Positions 31,001 to 42,067 of a stretch of DNA of 64,000 bases are shown here, in pieces; within the stretch, counting starts at the first letter, position 1, and each line of letters starts with the position of its first letter. The position numbers and the translations under genes were made by a program. The DNA lies in contig CALSSJ010000031.1 of assembly GCA_943788985.1 (NCBI GenBank), positions 1 to 64,000 of the forward strand, read 5' to 3'. The stretch comes from an uncultured Lentisphaerales bacterium (GTDB taxonomy: Bacteria > Verrucomicrobiota > Lentisphaeria > JABSQK01 > UBA12247). A model generated the notes under the pieces. That model was not told the origin of the DNA and ran no database searches. It saw only the letters and a program-made list of their open reading frames with translations.

Positions 31001-32913
31001 TCAGCGAACGCGATGCCGCTCTGGCTTGGCCTTCGCCGAGGGGCTGCTGTTTGCTAGCTGCATCTGGGCGAGAATCTGGACGAAACGATCCCGTGTCCGG
31101 CGCGTGGCTACGCGAAGCAGCTTTTCTTCAGAAATGGTCGGCACGGCTTCCAACTCGCCCTCTTCCTTCATGTCCTGCGGTGAGGCATGACGAATCACAA
31201 ACTCGCCAGCCTGTGCGAAGAGCGCAGTATCCGGCTGGCTCCCGAATCCCCCGCTAATCCCGACAGTCTCCGCCACAAAAGCCAGAAACTCCCCGAAAAG
31301 GTCGAAATTTGGAATGGACAAGTGGTCCGGGCCCACGGGGGCCTGAGCAGATTTGCTTTCAGCAGCCGCGCAATCGCCAGCTCAATCTGCTCGCGCGAGA
31401 TGCACAACGAACTCGAGATCTCAAGAATGGTCTCCTGGGTCGGGATCGCGATAATATGGCACTCCGTGTACGCATCGAAACTTGGCGCCCCGTGCAGCAG
31501 GTAGATGTAGCGCAGTTGCTGTAAGATGTGGTACGAGCAATCCCCGCTCATCAGCGGGTGAATATTCGCGTTTGCCACACGCAGCCGCTCCGCAAGACAG
31601 TCGATAATCGTGCCAATCCAAGGTGGCAACTGGTCGAGCCCCTGCTTCAAAACCTCTTCGGTGATGACGAACACCTCGGTCTTTTGCAACGCCCGAATCG
31701 ACGCAGATCGCGGGAAATCAGAAATCAGCGCCATCTCACCTATCACGTCTCCCTCGCCCAGCGTGATCAGGCGCACTTCCTTCCCGCGCATCATCTGGAA
31801 GACTTCGACTTCGCCGGAGATAATCACGTACGCCTCGCGGCCAATGTCTCCCTCGTGAATGACCATATCGCCAGGTTCGAAGAAGCGGCGGATGGATGTC
31901 GTATTCCCCGCCAACAACGCGTCAACATCCTCGCTCAACTCCTGCACCGTCTGGTAGCGTTCATCCTGATCGTAGGCCATGGCCTGCAGAATAATACGGC
32001 AGAGCTCAAGCGGCAACTCGCGTTCCGGCGCCTTCAGAGCCGGAGAGATGAAGTTGCCACTCTCCGCGTTCGCCAGAATTTCGTAGATATCGTCCCCGGT
32101 GAATGGCGTCGAGCAAGTCGCGAGCGCATACAAAGTCGCTCCCAGAAGAAAAATATCACTGCGCTCATCCAACTGCTCCGAAAGCCCCTTGGCCTGCTCG
32201 GGAGACATGAATGCCGGCGTGCCCTTCACCACCCCATAGCGCGTTTTTGCCACATCCTCCGGATCGGTCTCCTCGCCCGCCTCAAAGCCTTCCTCTGCCT
32301 CGGTCTCTTTGGCCAGCCCCCAGTCCATCAACAGCACTTCGCCAAAGGCGCCGACCATGATGTTGTCCGGCTTGATATCACGGTGCAAAACCCGGTGCGA
32401 ATGCGCAAACGCTACGGCATCACAGACCTTGCGAAAAATCGTCAGCAGGCGGAATCGCGTGTATTGATCGTAGGCAGGATCCTCATCCCTGACTCCCTTG
32501 CAGATCTCTCCCAGCGAAACCCCGGACACATATTTCATGGAGAAGTAGAGCTTATCGTTGGCCATCACGCCCATGTCGTGGACGGGTACGATATTCGGAT
32601 GCTCAAGCTTTCCGGTAATCTGTGCCTCGGCCACGAAACGCTCGAACAAAACGCTGTCCTCGGCTACGTGCGGCAGGATTACCTTCGTCACCAGTTCGCG
32701 CTTCAAGCAGCGGTCGTAGACGCGGTAGATCTCTCCCATTCCACCTTCCGCCAGCTTTTCCTGAACGTCGTATTTCTTGTCGTCTTGGTTTCTGGCGCGC
32801 AGTTTTGCAAAATATTTATGCCGAGCCCCCAGCCCAAGGCGAATGCCGCCTGTATGCAGGTCTTCTGTATCCTGCTGTTCGGAACAGGAGGATACGCGGG
32901 GGTCGTCTGTCAT
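31001..32913 (-). CDS. Hanks-type Ser/Thr kinase fused to a cNMP-binding domain and Crp-like winged HTH; frameshift at a C5 run (31337-31341)
   Basis: LAEGGMG, HPNIVPVHD, HRDIKPDN, DWGLAK, GTPAFMSPEQ; cNMP motif GDVIGEMALI..PRSAS; TQETILEISSSLCISREQIELAIARLLKANLL continues in ORF 31001..31336. Confidence 0.85.
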
Positions 32914-32934
32914 GGAATCCTCACGCTAGATGGG

Positions 32935-33888
32935 TCATTCGATTATAGTAACGGGCGTACCAATGGTCACGAAGTCAAACAATTCCTCAACATCTTCATT
33001 GCGCATCCGCACGCATCCCAGGCTGGCGGCATTGCCAATACTCTCCGGTTCCCACGTGCCATGAATGCCAAATCCCTTCAACGTCGGATCCGTATCGCCC
33101 GTGGGCCTCATTCCCATCCACCGCGTACCAAGGACGTTTTCCTTTTCGCCGAATGGAATGATCCGGCCTCCACCAGGATACCAGACAGGTTCTATCTGCT
33201 TGTCCTTGATCATAAAGGTGCCCACCGGGGTGCGGTCCTGACGTCCCGTCGCGATATCGTACACTTTCACGATACGCTCCCCGTCGAATAGGACGAGGAC
33301 AAACGCGCTCTTGCTGACCTCAATCCGCCAGTGCCCCTCGTAAATCTTGAACACCTGATCCGGGTAGATGGTCGGTCGGGTCCGCTCCAGGCCGTTAGAG
33401 ATCTGCAGCATTGCTACGGTCACGTTGTACTGCTGCGCGATTCCGCTCAGGCTCTGACCCGAGCCAACTACGTGTCGCACTTTCTCCGGAAATGGGACAT
33501 CTGTCATCACGATGGTACTCATGATCGTATCTGCGAGGTCGGCAGCCTTGCGCCATGGCCCGGTGTATCGCACCATCGTATCATCCAACAATACATTCTC
33601 AGACAAACGCAGTGCCGAGACCAAGTCACCTTCGTCTAAATGTTGTCGCGCCAGCGCAAGCTTCATTGTCATCTCACCAGAAATCTCGACAGGTGGCGGC
33701 AAGGCCGCAGCAACGCCCTCAATCACTGTGGTCGGAGCTGCCTCGACGCCCAACTCTTCCACAGGTTCAACCACTACACTGCTGATGCTAGTGACCGCGT
33801 CGCGGATGGTATCTCGGAACATGAAAACACCGCCCCCGATGACTCCAATCAGAAGGATTCCAACCACAGCTTTGGCAAAGGGTGTCAT
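32935..33888 (-). CDS. L,D-transpeptidase (YkuD) with LysM domain and N-terminal TM
   Basis: LysM HVVGSGQSLSGIAQQYNVTV; TPVGTF; GIHGT...SLGCVRM. Confidence 0.92.
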   Translation of the reverse strand: MTPFAKAVVGILLIGVIGGGVFMFRDTIRDAVTSISSVVVEPVEELGVEAAPTTVIEGVAAALPPPVEISGEMTMKLALARQHLDEGDLVSALRLSENVLLDDTMVRYTGPWRKAADLADTIMSTIVMTDVPFPEKVRHVVGSGQSLSGIAQQYNVTVAMLQISNGLERTRPTIYPDQVFKIYEGHWRIEVSKSAFVLVLFDGERIVKVYDIATGRQDRTPVGTFMIKDKQIEPVWYPGGGRIIPFGEKENVLGTRWMGMRPTGDTDPTLKGFGIHGTWEPESIGNAASLGCVRMRNEDVEELFDFVTIGTPVTIIE

Positions 33889-34006
33889 GCGAACTCCTGG
33901 CAACGGGTGTGCAGCTTTAACTCGGGGCTGTCGCGCCCATCTACAGCAAGGCCACACCGTAACGTGATTGGCCCTCGAATGCAACTGCGGAAACCATTCA
34001 CGAGGC

Positions 34007-34660
34007 TCATAAAAAGTCCCACACCGGCCAGTCGTTCGCCAGCGCAGCATCCCGCAGGGCCGGAGAAGGGTTCACCGCCACCGGATGCCCGATCTGCTCG
34101 AGGATCGCGATATCCGCCGTACTGTCCCCGTAATACCAAGCATGTTCCCGCGTCGTACGGCGCTCCTCGCAGTAGGCATCCACATACTCCAGCTTGCCCT
34201 GCCCTACGCAATACGTCCCGTCTACACCGCCGGTAAATCGCCCCGCTTCGTCACGTGCCAGCTCAGTCGCCAACAAATCAATCTCGAGGTATTCCGCGAC
34301 CGGCGTGGCGATCACGCGATTCGTCGCCGTCAACAAGCACACAGTCAGGCCATCAGCCCGCTGCGCAGCGATCCGGCGCTCTGCCTCCATGTACAACTGT
34401 GGTTTTGCGATCTCCGCAAAATGCTCGCGCGACCAGGCCAGCATCTCATCCCAAGTCTTGCCGCTAAAGTCCCGCAACTGAAATGCGTTGAATAGCTCAA
34501 CGCGCAGCACACCCTGCTCGTACTCCTCGTAAAACGCGGCCGCCTCATCCAAGTCACCCACCGGCGCATAGCCGCGACTGACCAGAAAGGTCTTCCAAGA
34601 GACGTCACAATCATTATTCAGGACCGTATGGTCCATATCCCAAAAATGAATCTCGCTCAT
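34007..34660 (-). CDS. HAD-IB family hydrolase (SerB-like)
   Basis: WDMDHT, LLTAT, GQGK, YGDSTADIAILE...PVAVNP. Confidence 0.9.
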   Translation of the reverse strand: MSEIHFWDMDHTVLNNDCDVSWKTFLVSRGYAPVGDLDEAAAFYEEYEQGVLRVELFNAFQLRDFSGKTWDEMLAWSREHFAEIAKPQLYMEAERRIAAQRADGLTVCLLTATNRVIATPVAEYLEIDLLATELARDEAGRFTGGVDGTYCVGQGKLEYVDAYCEERRTTREHAWYYGDSTADIAILEQIGHPVAVNPSPALRDAALANDWPVWDFL

Positions 34661-35232
34661 CCGCGCTCGACCACTGCGCCGGAAATGGTGTACGACTTGC
34701 CGCATTCGCAGCGACTTGCCCCGTTTACGAACTCCGGAATTTTGAGCCCGCACTCGCACATCCAGCCCGTGTGACGCCCGGGCACTCCCATCATCAGCGC
34801 ATAGTCTGGCACATCACGCGTAATCACCGAGCCAGCCCCGATAAAGGCAAAGCGCCCAATCGTGATGCCACAGACGATCGTGCAGTTGGCGCCGAGCGTC
34901 GCGCCCTGCCGCACCAGCGTCTGCCGCAACTCGTCCATGCGTGGCACGGCGCTGCGCGGATTAAAGACGTTCGTGAACACCATCGACGGGCCGCAGAAAA
35001 CGTCGTTTTCAAGATGCACGCCTTCGTACACGGAGACGTTGTTCTGGATCTTGCAGCGATCTCCGACAACCGCGCGAGGTCCGATCACCACATTCTGCCC
35101 AATCCGGCAGTCGATCCCAATCTCCGTCCCAGGCATGACGTGCGAGACGTGCCAGATCGTGGTCCCGTCACCAATCGTCACCCCGTCATCAATGAACGCT
35201 GATTCGTGCGCAAAATAGCTATTCGTTCCCAC
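34657..35232 (-). CDS. Left-handed beta-helix sugar N-acetyltransferase (WbpD/WlbB-like)
   Basis: Hexapeptide repeats; KIQNNVSVYEGV, FCGPSMVFTNVFNPRS; C-terminal CECG. Confidence 0.88.
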   Translation of the reverse strand: MGTNSYFAHESAFIDDGVTIGDGTTIWHVSHVMPGTEIGIDCRIGQNVVIGPRAVVGDRCKIQNNVSVYEGVHLENDVFCGPSMVFTNVFNPRSAVPRMDELRQTLVRQGATLGANCTIVCGITIGRFAFIGAGSVITRDVPDYALMMGVPGRHTGWMCECGLKIPEFVNGASRCECGKSYTISGAVVERG

Positions 35233-35608
35233 AAGTGCTCTCCTCGTGCGGCTCTCTGTTTGGTGCCAGGCGCATGCTCAGTTTGATCGCCGGGCACTCC
35301 TTTTCAAACCCATCGAAGCGCCACTGATTCGGAAACCCATGGCACTGGGCCGGTTTGGCCTCTTGAATGCGGCACCGATTCGGCTCTTCAAAAAACTCGC
35401 AGGCCCCATCCGCACCGTCGCGTAACGAGAGGCCCCGGCGATCCGGGGACAGCTCCGTGTGCTCGTCGATAAAGTCTTGCTCTGCCAACTCCAGAAATCC
35501 CGCGGCTCGTGTGACATCCGCGTCAGTCAGCCGCACTTGCCCCGGCCAACGGCAGCAATTTCCGCAACGCGTGCAAACCCACACTGTCTGTTCTTTAGGC
35601 AGCTGCAC
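35219..35608 (-). CDS. YkgJ-family cysteine-cluster (putative Zn/Fe-S) protein
   Basis: CTRCGNCC...CEFF...CRI...KP.QC..FP. Confidence 0.88.
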   Translation of the reverse strand: MQLPKEQTVWVCTRCGNCCRWPGQVRLTDADVTRAAGFLELAEQDFIDEHTELSPDRRGLSLRDGADGACEFFEEPNRCRIQEAKPAQCHGFPNQWRFDGFEKECPAIKLSMRLAPNREPHEESTCGNE

Positions 35609-35751
35609 CTAGATTTCCTCTCCTGTGTCGTCAGATGGGGGTAAACCTACACCGCAGCGACTGGAGCGCAGTGCCTCCCGGATTGTAATTGTAATTCCAT
35701 GCCATTCCGCTATGGTCCGACGCTCATGATTCTTGTTGACTGGAGTGTCCT

Positions 35752-36822
35752 ATGAAACGTTACCTACTTGTCTTGCTGGTGATCGCGGGAACCGCGCATG
35801 CCAAAATTCCTGGCGATAAGCAGCTCGCTTTCGCGGAATATCTCGCCGAACAGAATGAGCCTGATGCCGCGCTCATCGAGTACCATCGCTTCCTGTTCTT
35901 CTACCCCAATCATCCGAAAGCCGCGGATTCTCTCTATGAGATGTCTAGGCTGCTGTTGACGGTACGCAATGATATCCCCGCCGCACGCATGATCCTCGAA
36001 CGGCTGGTCGCAGACTTCCCGGGTGCCGAGGTCGGTGTCGCCGCCAAGACGTTCCTTGATTTCGTCAGTAGCCATTCAGACTTCAAAGGCGAGCCACTGT
36101 TTCGCTGGCTGACGGCCAAAACCCAGGCCACCAATGCCCAGTATGCCAAAGCCGCAGAGGGCTACAGGCTTGTCGCCCTTGATTTTCCCCGGGCAAAAAT
36201 CACGCACGACGCCCTGTACCGTCACGCCATGCTCCTGCTGGTGCACCTGAAAAAGTTCAACGATGCCGAGGTATCCTTCAGCACCATCGTCAATAATTTT
36301 CCGCGGAGCAAGTGGGCTCCTCACGCATACCTTGGCCTGGCGCGCGTCGTCGAGGCGACCGAAGGCCCCGGGAGCGAGGCCCTCAAATCCTACCGCGCTG
36401 TCATGGCTAGATTCCCAGGCACTCCGGTAGCCGAGGAAGCGCTCGCTCGTGCCACGGCGATCGAGAAGAGTCACAACGCGATCCCACGCCACTTCAAGGA
36501 TTCGGAGGCAGTGAAATACCGAATCGTTTCGACTAGGCCCGACGAAAAAAACTTCATCGTCTTCATCGAATTCGCTGGCTCCGGCACGCCAAATGCACGC
36601 CAGATTCAGGCCACCTTGGAACACGCACTTGCACGAACTGCTGGCCAGCGCCCCAAGAATCACCTCTCAGTCCGGGTCCGCGCCTATTTCCGGTACCCGT
36701 TCACCGAAGCCGGTTCCGTGGATTGGAAGCCCGGCCAGGGCGACCCGACCTACAACGTAATTCAGCGCAAAAATGAAGACGTTCTCAAGGACGCTCTGTT
36801 CGACCTACTCAAGTCACGCTGA
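35752..36822 (+). CDS. Exported tetratricopeptide-repeat protein (BamD/CpoB-like repeats)
   Basis: Signal peptide; repeated helix pairs ending in (Y/F)P.S..A..A. Confidence 0.8.
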   Translation: MKRYLLVLLVIAGTAHAKIPGDKQLAFAEYLAEQNEPDAALIEYHRFLFFYPNHPKAADSLYEMSRLLLTVRNDIPAARMILERLVADFPGAEVGVAAKTFLDFVSSHSDFKGEPLFRWLTAKTQATNAQYAKAAEGYRLVALDFPRAKITHDALYRHAMLLLVHLKKFNDAEVSFSTIVNNFPRSKWAPHAYLGLARVVEATEGPGSEALKSYRAVMARFPGTPVAEEALARATAIEKSHNAIPRHFKDSEAVKYRIVSTRPDEKNFIVFIEFAGSGTPNARQIQATLEHALARTAGQRPKNHLSVRVRAYFRYPFTEAGSVDWKPGQGDPTYNVIQRKNEDVLKDALFDLLKSR

Positions 36823-36934
36823 TCGCTGCGGACTCGGCAGATCCCACCGGGCCGTCCGCCAGGCAGCGAGCAATGCGCACGGACACCCTATCACATTCTA
36901 CTGTTAGAAATCAACCAACGGACACGTTCTATTC

Positions 36935-38749
36935 ATGAGCACTCAGGAGAAAGACTCGCAGCTGTACCGGCTGCGCCACTCCCTAGCACACATGCTGGCG
37001 CAAGCTGTTTTACAGATCCGCCCCGATGCAAAAATGGGCTTTGGCCCGCCCGTCGAAAATGGCTTCTACTATGATTTCGACTTCGGCGATCAACCGATCG
37101 TCGAGACCGACCTGAAGGACCTGCAGAAGCGGATGCTGAAGATCGCCAAGCAGAAGCAGGAATTTGTCCAAGACACACGCTCGCTGGCCGACGCTGAGAC
37201 CTTCATGGCGGCCACCGACCAGTCCTATAAAATTGAGTACGCCCGAGAGCTCGTCGAGACCGGCAAGGCCAAAGACGGACTTGGTTTCTACACTAACGGT
37301 CCATTCACGGACATGTGCGAAGGCCCGCATCTCGAGCATACCGGGCAGGTCAAGAAGGGGTCCTTCAAGCTCGATTCCATCGCTGGCAGCTACTGGCGGG
37401 GCGACGAGAAGCGGCCCATGCTTACCCGGATCTACGGGCTGGCCTTCGAGTCTTCTGAGGACTTGAAAGACTACCAAGAACGGCGACGCCTCGCAGAGCA
37501 GCGCGAACATCGCAAACTTGGCGCACAGCTAGACATTTTCGTCTTGGACGACGAGATCGGATCCGGCCTTCCGCTCTGGCTGCCGAACGGCACAATCATT
37601 CGCGATGAGCTCGAGAAATGGGCCTGCGAGCAAGAGTTTCGCTACGGCTACCAGCGCGTCGCCACCCCTGCGATCACCAAGGCTGGACTCTATGAGCGCT
37701 CCGGGCATCTCCCGCTGTACGAGGAGGACATGTTCCCCCCCATGGTCTGCGACGATGATGAGAAATACTATCTCAAGCCCATGAACTGCCCTCACCATCA
37801 CAAGATCTACGCGGCGCGCCCTCGCAGCTACCGGGATCTGCCCCTGCGCCTCGCCGAGTACGGCTATAACTTCCGCTATGAGCGACGTGGCTCGCTAGCC
37901 GGACTGCTTCGTGTGCGAGCCATGTGCATGAACGATGCCCACATCTACTGCCAGCCAGACCAGATCGAAGACGAGTTTCGCGCTGTGATCAAGATGTACC
38001 GCGAGTACTACGATCATCTTCGCCTCGGTGACTTTCGCTGCCGGCTTTCCCTTCATGACCCGGACTCAGACAAGTTCATGGGCAAGAAGGAAGACTGGGA
38101 GCACACGGAGGCCATTGTCCGCAAGATCTTGGTCGAAGCAGACATCGAGTTCGAAGAAGAGCGCGGCCAGGCCGCCTTCTATGGCCCGAAGATGGACATT
38201 CAGGTCAAGAACATCCTCGGCCGTGAGGAGACCCTCTCTACCTGTCAGTTGGACTTTGTCGTCCCCGAACGATTCGGCCTCACCTACACCGCCCAAGATG
38301 GCAGTGAATGCGAGCCATACATCGTCCATCGGGCACCACTGAGCACGCACGAACGCCTGATTTCATTCCTCATTGAGTTCTACGGCGGTGCCTTTCCAAC
38401 TTGGATGGCCCCGAATCAGGTCTGCGTGATTCCGGTAAGTGTCGAGCAATTCGGTGACTACGCCCACGGGATCCGCGAGACTCTCACTCACAAGCTCCTT
38501 CGTTGCAACGTAGATGACAGCTCGGATTCGCTGAACAAGCGCATCCGCCGGGCGGTCACCAGCAAGGTGCCGAACATCTGGATCGTGGGTGGTGAGGAAG
38601 TCGAGAACAACACCATCACTTGGCGACGATACGCAGTTCGCGAGCAGCTCACCGTTTCCCGTGACATCGCCATCGATGCCCTCGGGGCGATGGTTCAACA
38701 GCGCTTGATGGATAACTTCGAGGACGTGGCCCTGCCGCTCCCAGAATGA
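36935..38749 (+). CDS. thrS: Threonine--tRNA ligase (short form, no N-terminal TGS domain)
   Basis: RHSLAH, GFYYDF, DMCEGPH, KPMNCP, FRYE, AAFYGPK, HRAPLSTHER. Confidence 0.97.
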   Translation: MSTQEKDSQLYRLRHSLAHMLAQAVLQIRPDAKMGFGPPVENGFYYDFDFGDQPIVETDLKDLQKRMLKIAKQKQEFVQDTRSLADAETFMAATDQSYKIEYARELVETGKAKDGLGFYTNGPFTDMCEGPHLEHTGQVKKGSFKLDSIAGSYWRGDEKRPMLTRIYGLAFESSEDLKDYQERRRLAEQREHRKLGAQLDIFVLDDEIGSGLPLWLPNGTIIRDELEKWACEQEFRYGYQRVATPAITKAGLYERSGHLPLYEEDMFPPMVCDDDEKYYLKPMNCPHHHKIYAARPRSYRDLPLRLAEYGYNFRYERRGSLAGLLRVRAMCMNDAHIYCQPDQIEDEFRAVIKMYREYYDHLRLGDFRCRLSLHDPDSDKFMGKKEDWEHTEAIVRKILVEADIEFEEERGQAAFYGPKMDIQVKNILGREETLSTCQLDFVVPERFGLTYTAQDGSECEPYIVHRAPLSTHERLISFLIEFYGGAFPTWMAPNQVCVIPVSVEQFGDYAHGIRETLTHKLLRCNVDDSSDSLNKRIRRAVTSKVPNIWIVGGEEVENNTITWRRYAVREQLTVSRDIAIDALGAMVQQRLMDNFEDVALPLPE

Positions 38750-39300
38750 CACCAATCACGCTTACTATCGTAAGTCTGGCAGGCGCAATCCTGCTGGGCT
38801 TTCTCGGAGGCTGGCTGCTGGGCAGGCACGTTGGGCCACGCAAACCCATGTGGTTTGCCATCTCCACAATCCTACTCGTGCTGGGTGCCGGCCTTGTCTA
38901 CGTCAACAGCGGTCTGATTCTGGACGGCTTCGCCCGCAAGTCTTGGCCACATGTCGACGGCCTCGCAGTCACCGTCGAGGTTCAGGACACCTCCCCGCAT
39001 GTGGTCTACGAATACCACGTAGAAGACGTGCGCTACGAAGGAACAAGCGATCTCCAGACGCCACACTTTGGCTTTCGCACGAACCAGCGGGATACCGCCC
39101 AGAAAGTTGCCGCGCAAGTGCGGGAAGCCGATGCGCTCCGCGTGTTCTACGACCCAGATCAACCAGCGACCTCCTACCTGATTCCCGGCCCCCGCTACCA
39201 TGATTTTCTGCGCTACTCAGTGGGTGCATTGATCCTTGTGGTCGCTGGCCTTATTCTCGCGCGCCAGCTGCGCCGCGATGGTTCAGCTGGCCAAGGCTGA
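38746..39300 (+). CDS. DUF3592-like membrane protein
   Basis: TM helices flanking SWP.VDG...VYEYHV...Y...VFYDP..P..SYL. Confidence 0.7.
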   Translation: MTPITLTIVSLAGAILLGFLGGWLLGRHVGPRKPMWFAISTILLVLGAGLVYVNSGLILDGFARKSWPHVDGLAVTVEVQDTSPHVVYEYHVEDVRYEGTSDLQTPHFGFRTNQRDTAQKVAAQVREADALRVFYDPDQPATSYLIPGPRYHDFLRYSVGALILVVAGLILARQLRRDGSAGQG

Positions 39301-39342
39301 ATCCGCAGGTTATTAGCCGCCGTTCCGCGGTTATCCCTGCGC

Positions 39343-40776
39343 ATGCAGACTGAAGAGACATCCGCCGACTGGCAAAGGTATTTGGGGCCACGTGGCATCC
39401 CCCAAGCGCTGTGTACACTCTCGAATGGACAGGCCTGGCTTTTGCTCCTCTTCCTGGCTGGGCTGGCCGCCTGCCTCTTCCTGAACTGGCGCGACACGCT
39501 GATCTACGGAAACGCCGTAATTACCGCCTTTTTCCTGATCGCCACTCTCTATCGCTTTCACCTGCTCGACCTTTCTTTGCGGCGCAAGCGCGAGATTGTG
39601 CTCGAAACTGGTGAACTGGTCGAACCGGAGGGGGGCTGGCCGCACTACGTCGTCCAAGTCCCGCTCTATCACGAGCCCCATGCGCTGCGGCGCATCGTCC
39701 GCGCCCTGACCAAACTCGATTACCCGACCGATCGGCTGACGATCCAGCTACTGATCGAGGACGATGATGAAGACACCAAAGGCGCCTTCGAGGGAGTTAC
39801 CCTCGCCAGCCAGTTCAAGATCGTCCGCATCCCCGTTTGCGAACCTCGCACCAAGCCAAAGGCCTGCAATGTCGGTCTAGCGGAAGCTGAAGGCGAGTTC
39901 CTCGTTATCTTTGACGCCGAGGATCGCCCAGATCCTGATCAACTCAAAAAGGCGGTAATCGCCTTTGGCCAGTCGTCCGAGAAGACCGGCTGCATCCAAG
40001 CCAAGCTCAGCTTCTACAACAGCCGCCAAAACTTGCTCACGCGGCTCTTTACTGCGGACTACGCACTGTGGTTCAACCTCTGCCTCCCCGCCTTGGACTA
40101 CCGCAACGCTCCCGTCCCACTCGGCGGCACCTCGAATCACTTCCGACTCGACATCCTGAAGGAGATGCAAGGCTGGGACGAGTACAATGTCACCGAGGAC
40201 TGTGACCTCGGCATTCGCCTCGCAATCGCAGGCTGGCAGACGCGAATCATGGATTCCACAACCTGGGAAGAAGCCTGTCCGCGATTCGGCGCCTGGACTC
40301 GCCAACGCTCTCGCTGGGTAAAAGGCTACCTCCAGACCTATCTCGTGCACATGCGCTCTCCGCTACACATGACACGCAAGCTCGGCCTGGGCCGCAGCCT
40401 ACACGTCCATCTGCTAATCGGCGGTTCAGTACTCACCCAGTTGCTCAGCCTCGTCTACTGGATCATGGTGCTGGCCTGGCTGATCGCCCATGCCCCTAAC
40501 GGCCTCGATCCCGCCTGGCTCGCCACCTACTTTCCCGGTCCCGTCTTCGCCATGGGCGCCTTCTGCCTGTTCGTCGGAAACTTCCTCTTCGCCTACTACT
40601 GTGGCATCGCCTGCGTCGTGCGTGGCATGGGCCACATCGTGCCTGCCTGCTGGTTGATGCCCCTCTACTGGATGGTGATGTCATACGCAGCCTGGAAAGG
40701 CGCCCTGCAACTCATCTGGCGCCCCCATTACTGGGAGAAAACCATGCATTTCGACACCGGAGAGAACGCCCCGTGA
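39343..40776 (+). CDS. Processive-type GT2 glycosyltransferase (cellulose synthase-like superfamily)
   Basis: VPLYHE, TKPKACN, FDAED, TEDCDLG, RQRSRW (D,D,D,QxxRW) and C-terminal TM helices. Confidence 0.92.
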   Translation: MQTEETSADWQRYLGPRGIPQALCTLSNGQAWLLLLFLAGLAACLFLNWRDTLIYGNAVITAFFLIATLYRFHLLDLSLRRKREIVLETGELVEPEGGWPHYVVQVPLYHEPHALRRIVRALTKLDYPTDRLTIQLLIEDDDEDTKGAFEGVTLASQFKIVRIPVCEPRTKPKACNVGLAEAEGEFLVIFDAEDRPDPDQLKKAVIAFGQSSEKTGCIQAKLSFYNSRQNLLTRLFTADYALWFNLCLPALDYRNAPVPLGGTSNHFRLDILKEMQGWDEYNVTEDCDLGIRLAIAGWQTRIMDSTTWEEACPRFGAWTRQRSRWVKGYLQTYLVHMRSPLHMTRKLGLGRSLHVHLLIGGSVLTQLLSLVYWIMVLAWLIAHAPNGLDPAWLATYFPGPVFAMGAFCLFVGNFLFAYYCGIACVVRGMGHIVPACWLMPLYWMVMSYAAWKGALQLIWRPHYWEKTMHFDTGENAP

Positions 40777-41102
40777 ATATCCGAATCCTGATCCTATTCC
40801 TGCTCCTTATCCCTGCGCTATCCTGGGGGCAAACAGAAGCCAAAGAAAAACCCTTCCGGCTCGAGCGCAAAACAGACGGGAAGCTGTTTCTAAAATGCGA
40901 GCTCCTGCTCCTAGAGGACGAAGCGGTGATTGTTCGCTTCGAGCGCTCCAAGTTTGCGAAGATCGCACTCGCCAACCTGAGCGATGCATCACTCAAGCAG
41001 CTCGATCTCGATCCTGCGGACTTCGCAGAAGAGCCCATCGCGGACGGCGTAAAAAAGAAGAAGAATGGGAAAAACAAGAAGAACAGAAATCCGCCCAAAT
41101 GA
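40773..41102 (+). CDS. Small exported protein, SHD1-like
   Basis: Signal peptide; KTDGK.F...ELL......V.......KIALANLSDAS; basic tail. Confidence 0.5.
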   Translation: MNIRILILFLLLIPALSWGQTEAKEKPFRLERKTDGKLFLKCELLLLEDEAVIVRFERSKFAKIALANLSDASLKQLDLDPADFAEEPIADGVKKKKNGKNKKNRNPPK

Positions 41103-42067
41103 ATGCGGAACAGCCGCCGGAATCGGGACGCTGGCGGCGGTCCCCGATCTGGCGCGCCATCGCCGCCATTCTCATCTGCTGGGGAGCAGTGAGCGCAGCC
41201 AGAACCGCCGCGCGCTACCTTCCGACACGGACCAAGCACACCATTCGCCGTTACATCCCCGACTATCTCTTGAGCCCACAAGCCCTCTCCTTCTCCGTCC
41301 TGCCCGGTCCGGCCAGAGATCTGGTCACGCCCGCCCCCACCGGTCCGGCCATTCACCTGCTCCCCACGCACTCAGACGAACTCCAACGCTGGGCTGATGT
41401 TGCTGGCAACTACTACTCAGCCAGCTTCCGCACCGCCTTTTCCTACGATAATTCGAACGTCTCCATCGTCTTTAACCAAGGCCAACAAGCCACGCTTGCC
41501 GGTCAGCTCAACGCTACCGGGCTCAAGCCCAATTTCGTCTATCAGATCAAGCTCCTCGGCGACTTCACGCGCGATCCCGAGAACGCCGAGCGCATCGGAA
41601 AAATTGGTCGCTGGCGCCTCCCCGGCGAGGGCACAAACTACACCGACACCGACTTTGCGGAGTTCGCAGACAAGCACTTGGTCGAGGCCTATGTCTTCTT
41701 CGACTTCTTCATCACGGATGCTCAAGGCAATGCCCAGCGCTCCTTTGCCCTAGACCACAGCCTCCACGTCCTCTGGAACCGAGATCGCCAGATCTCAGAC
41801 ATCCCGCTCACGCACTGCGTCGCGCACACTGTCGACGCCACCAATCCACAGGTTTATGCAGTTCCGAAGCAGGACGCCACCACCGAGTACATCTTCGCCG
41901 AACGCGAAGCCGTCCGCTACCAAGCAGACGTCCCGGTCCAGCTCCCCGTCGGGAACTATCAGGCCTTCCTCAATCTCACCGAAGAGAGCTTCCACTCCAG
42001 CGATCGCGACGGCGGCTTCTGGGCCACCGTCTTTTCTCAGCCGATCGAGTTCACGATCGCTCGATGA
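41099..42067 (+). CDS. Hypothetical exported/membrane-anchored protein
   Basis: ATGA overlap with the upstream gene, TM segment, host-like codon usage; GLKPNFVYQIKL, LTEESFH. Confidence 0.7.
   Translation: MNAEQPPESGRWRRSPIWRAIAAILICWGAVSAARTAARYLPTRTKHTIRRYIPDYLLSPQALSFSVLPGPARDLVTPAPTGPAIHLLPTHSDELQRWADVAGNYYSASFRTAFSYDNSNVSIVFNQGQQATLAGQLNATGLKPNFVYQIKLLGDFTRDPENAERIGKIGRWRLPGEGTNYTDTDFAEFADKHLVEAYVFFDFFITDAQGNAQRSFALDHSLHVLWNRDRQISDIPLTHCVAHTVDATNPQVYAVPKQDATTEYIFAEREAVRYQADVPVQLPVGNYQAFLNLTEESFHSSDRDGGFWATVFSQPIEFTIAR

Noticed and set aside
31528..33291. 587-aa plus-strand ORF
   Set aside because: Antisense shadow of the kinase and L,D-transpeptidase genes; no recognisable motifs.
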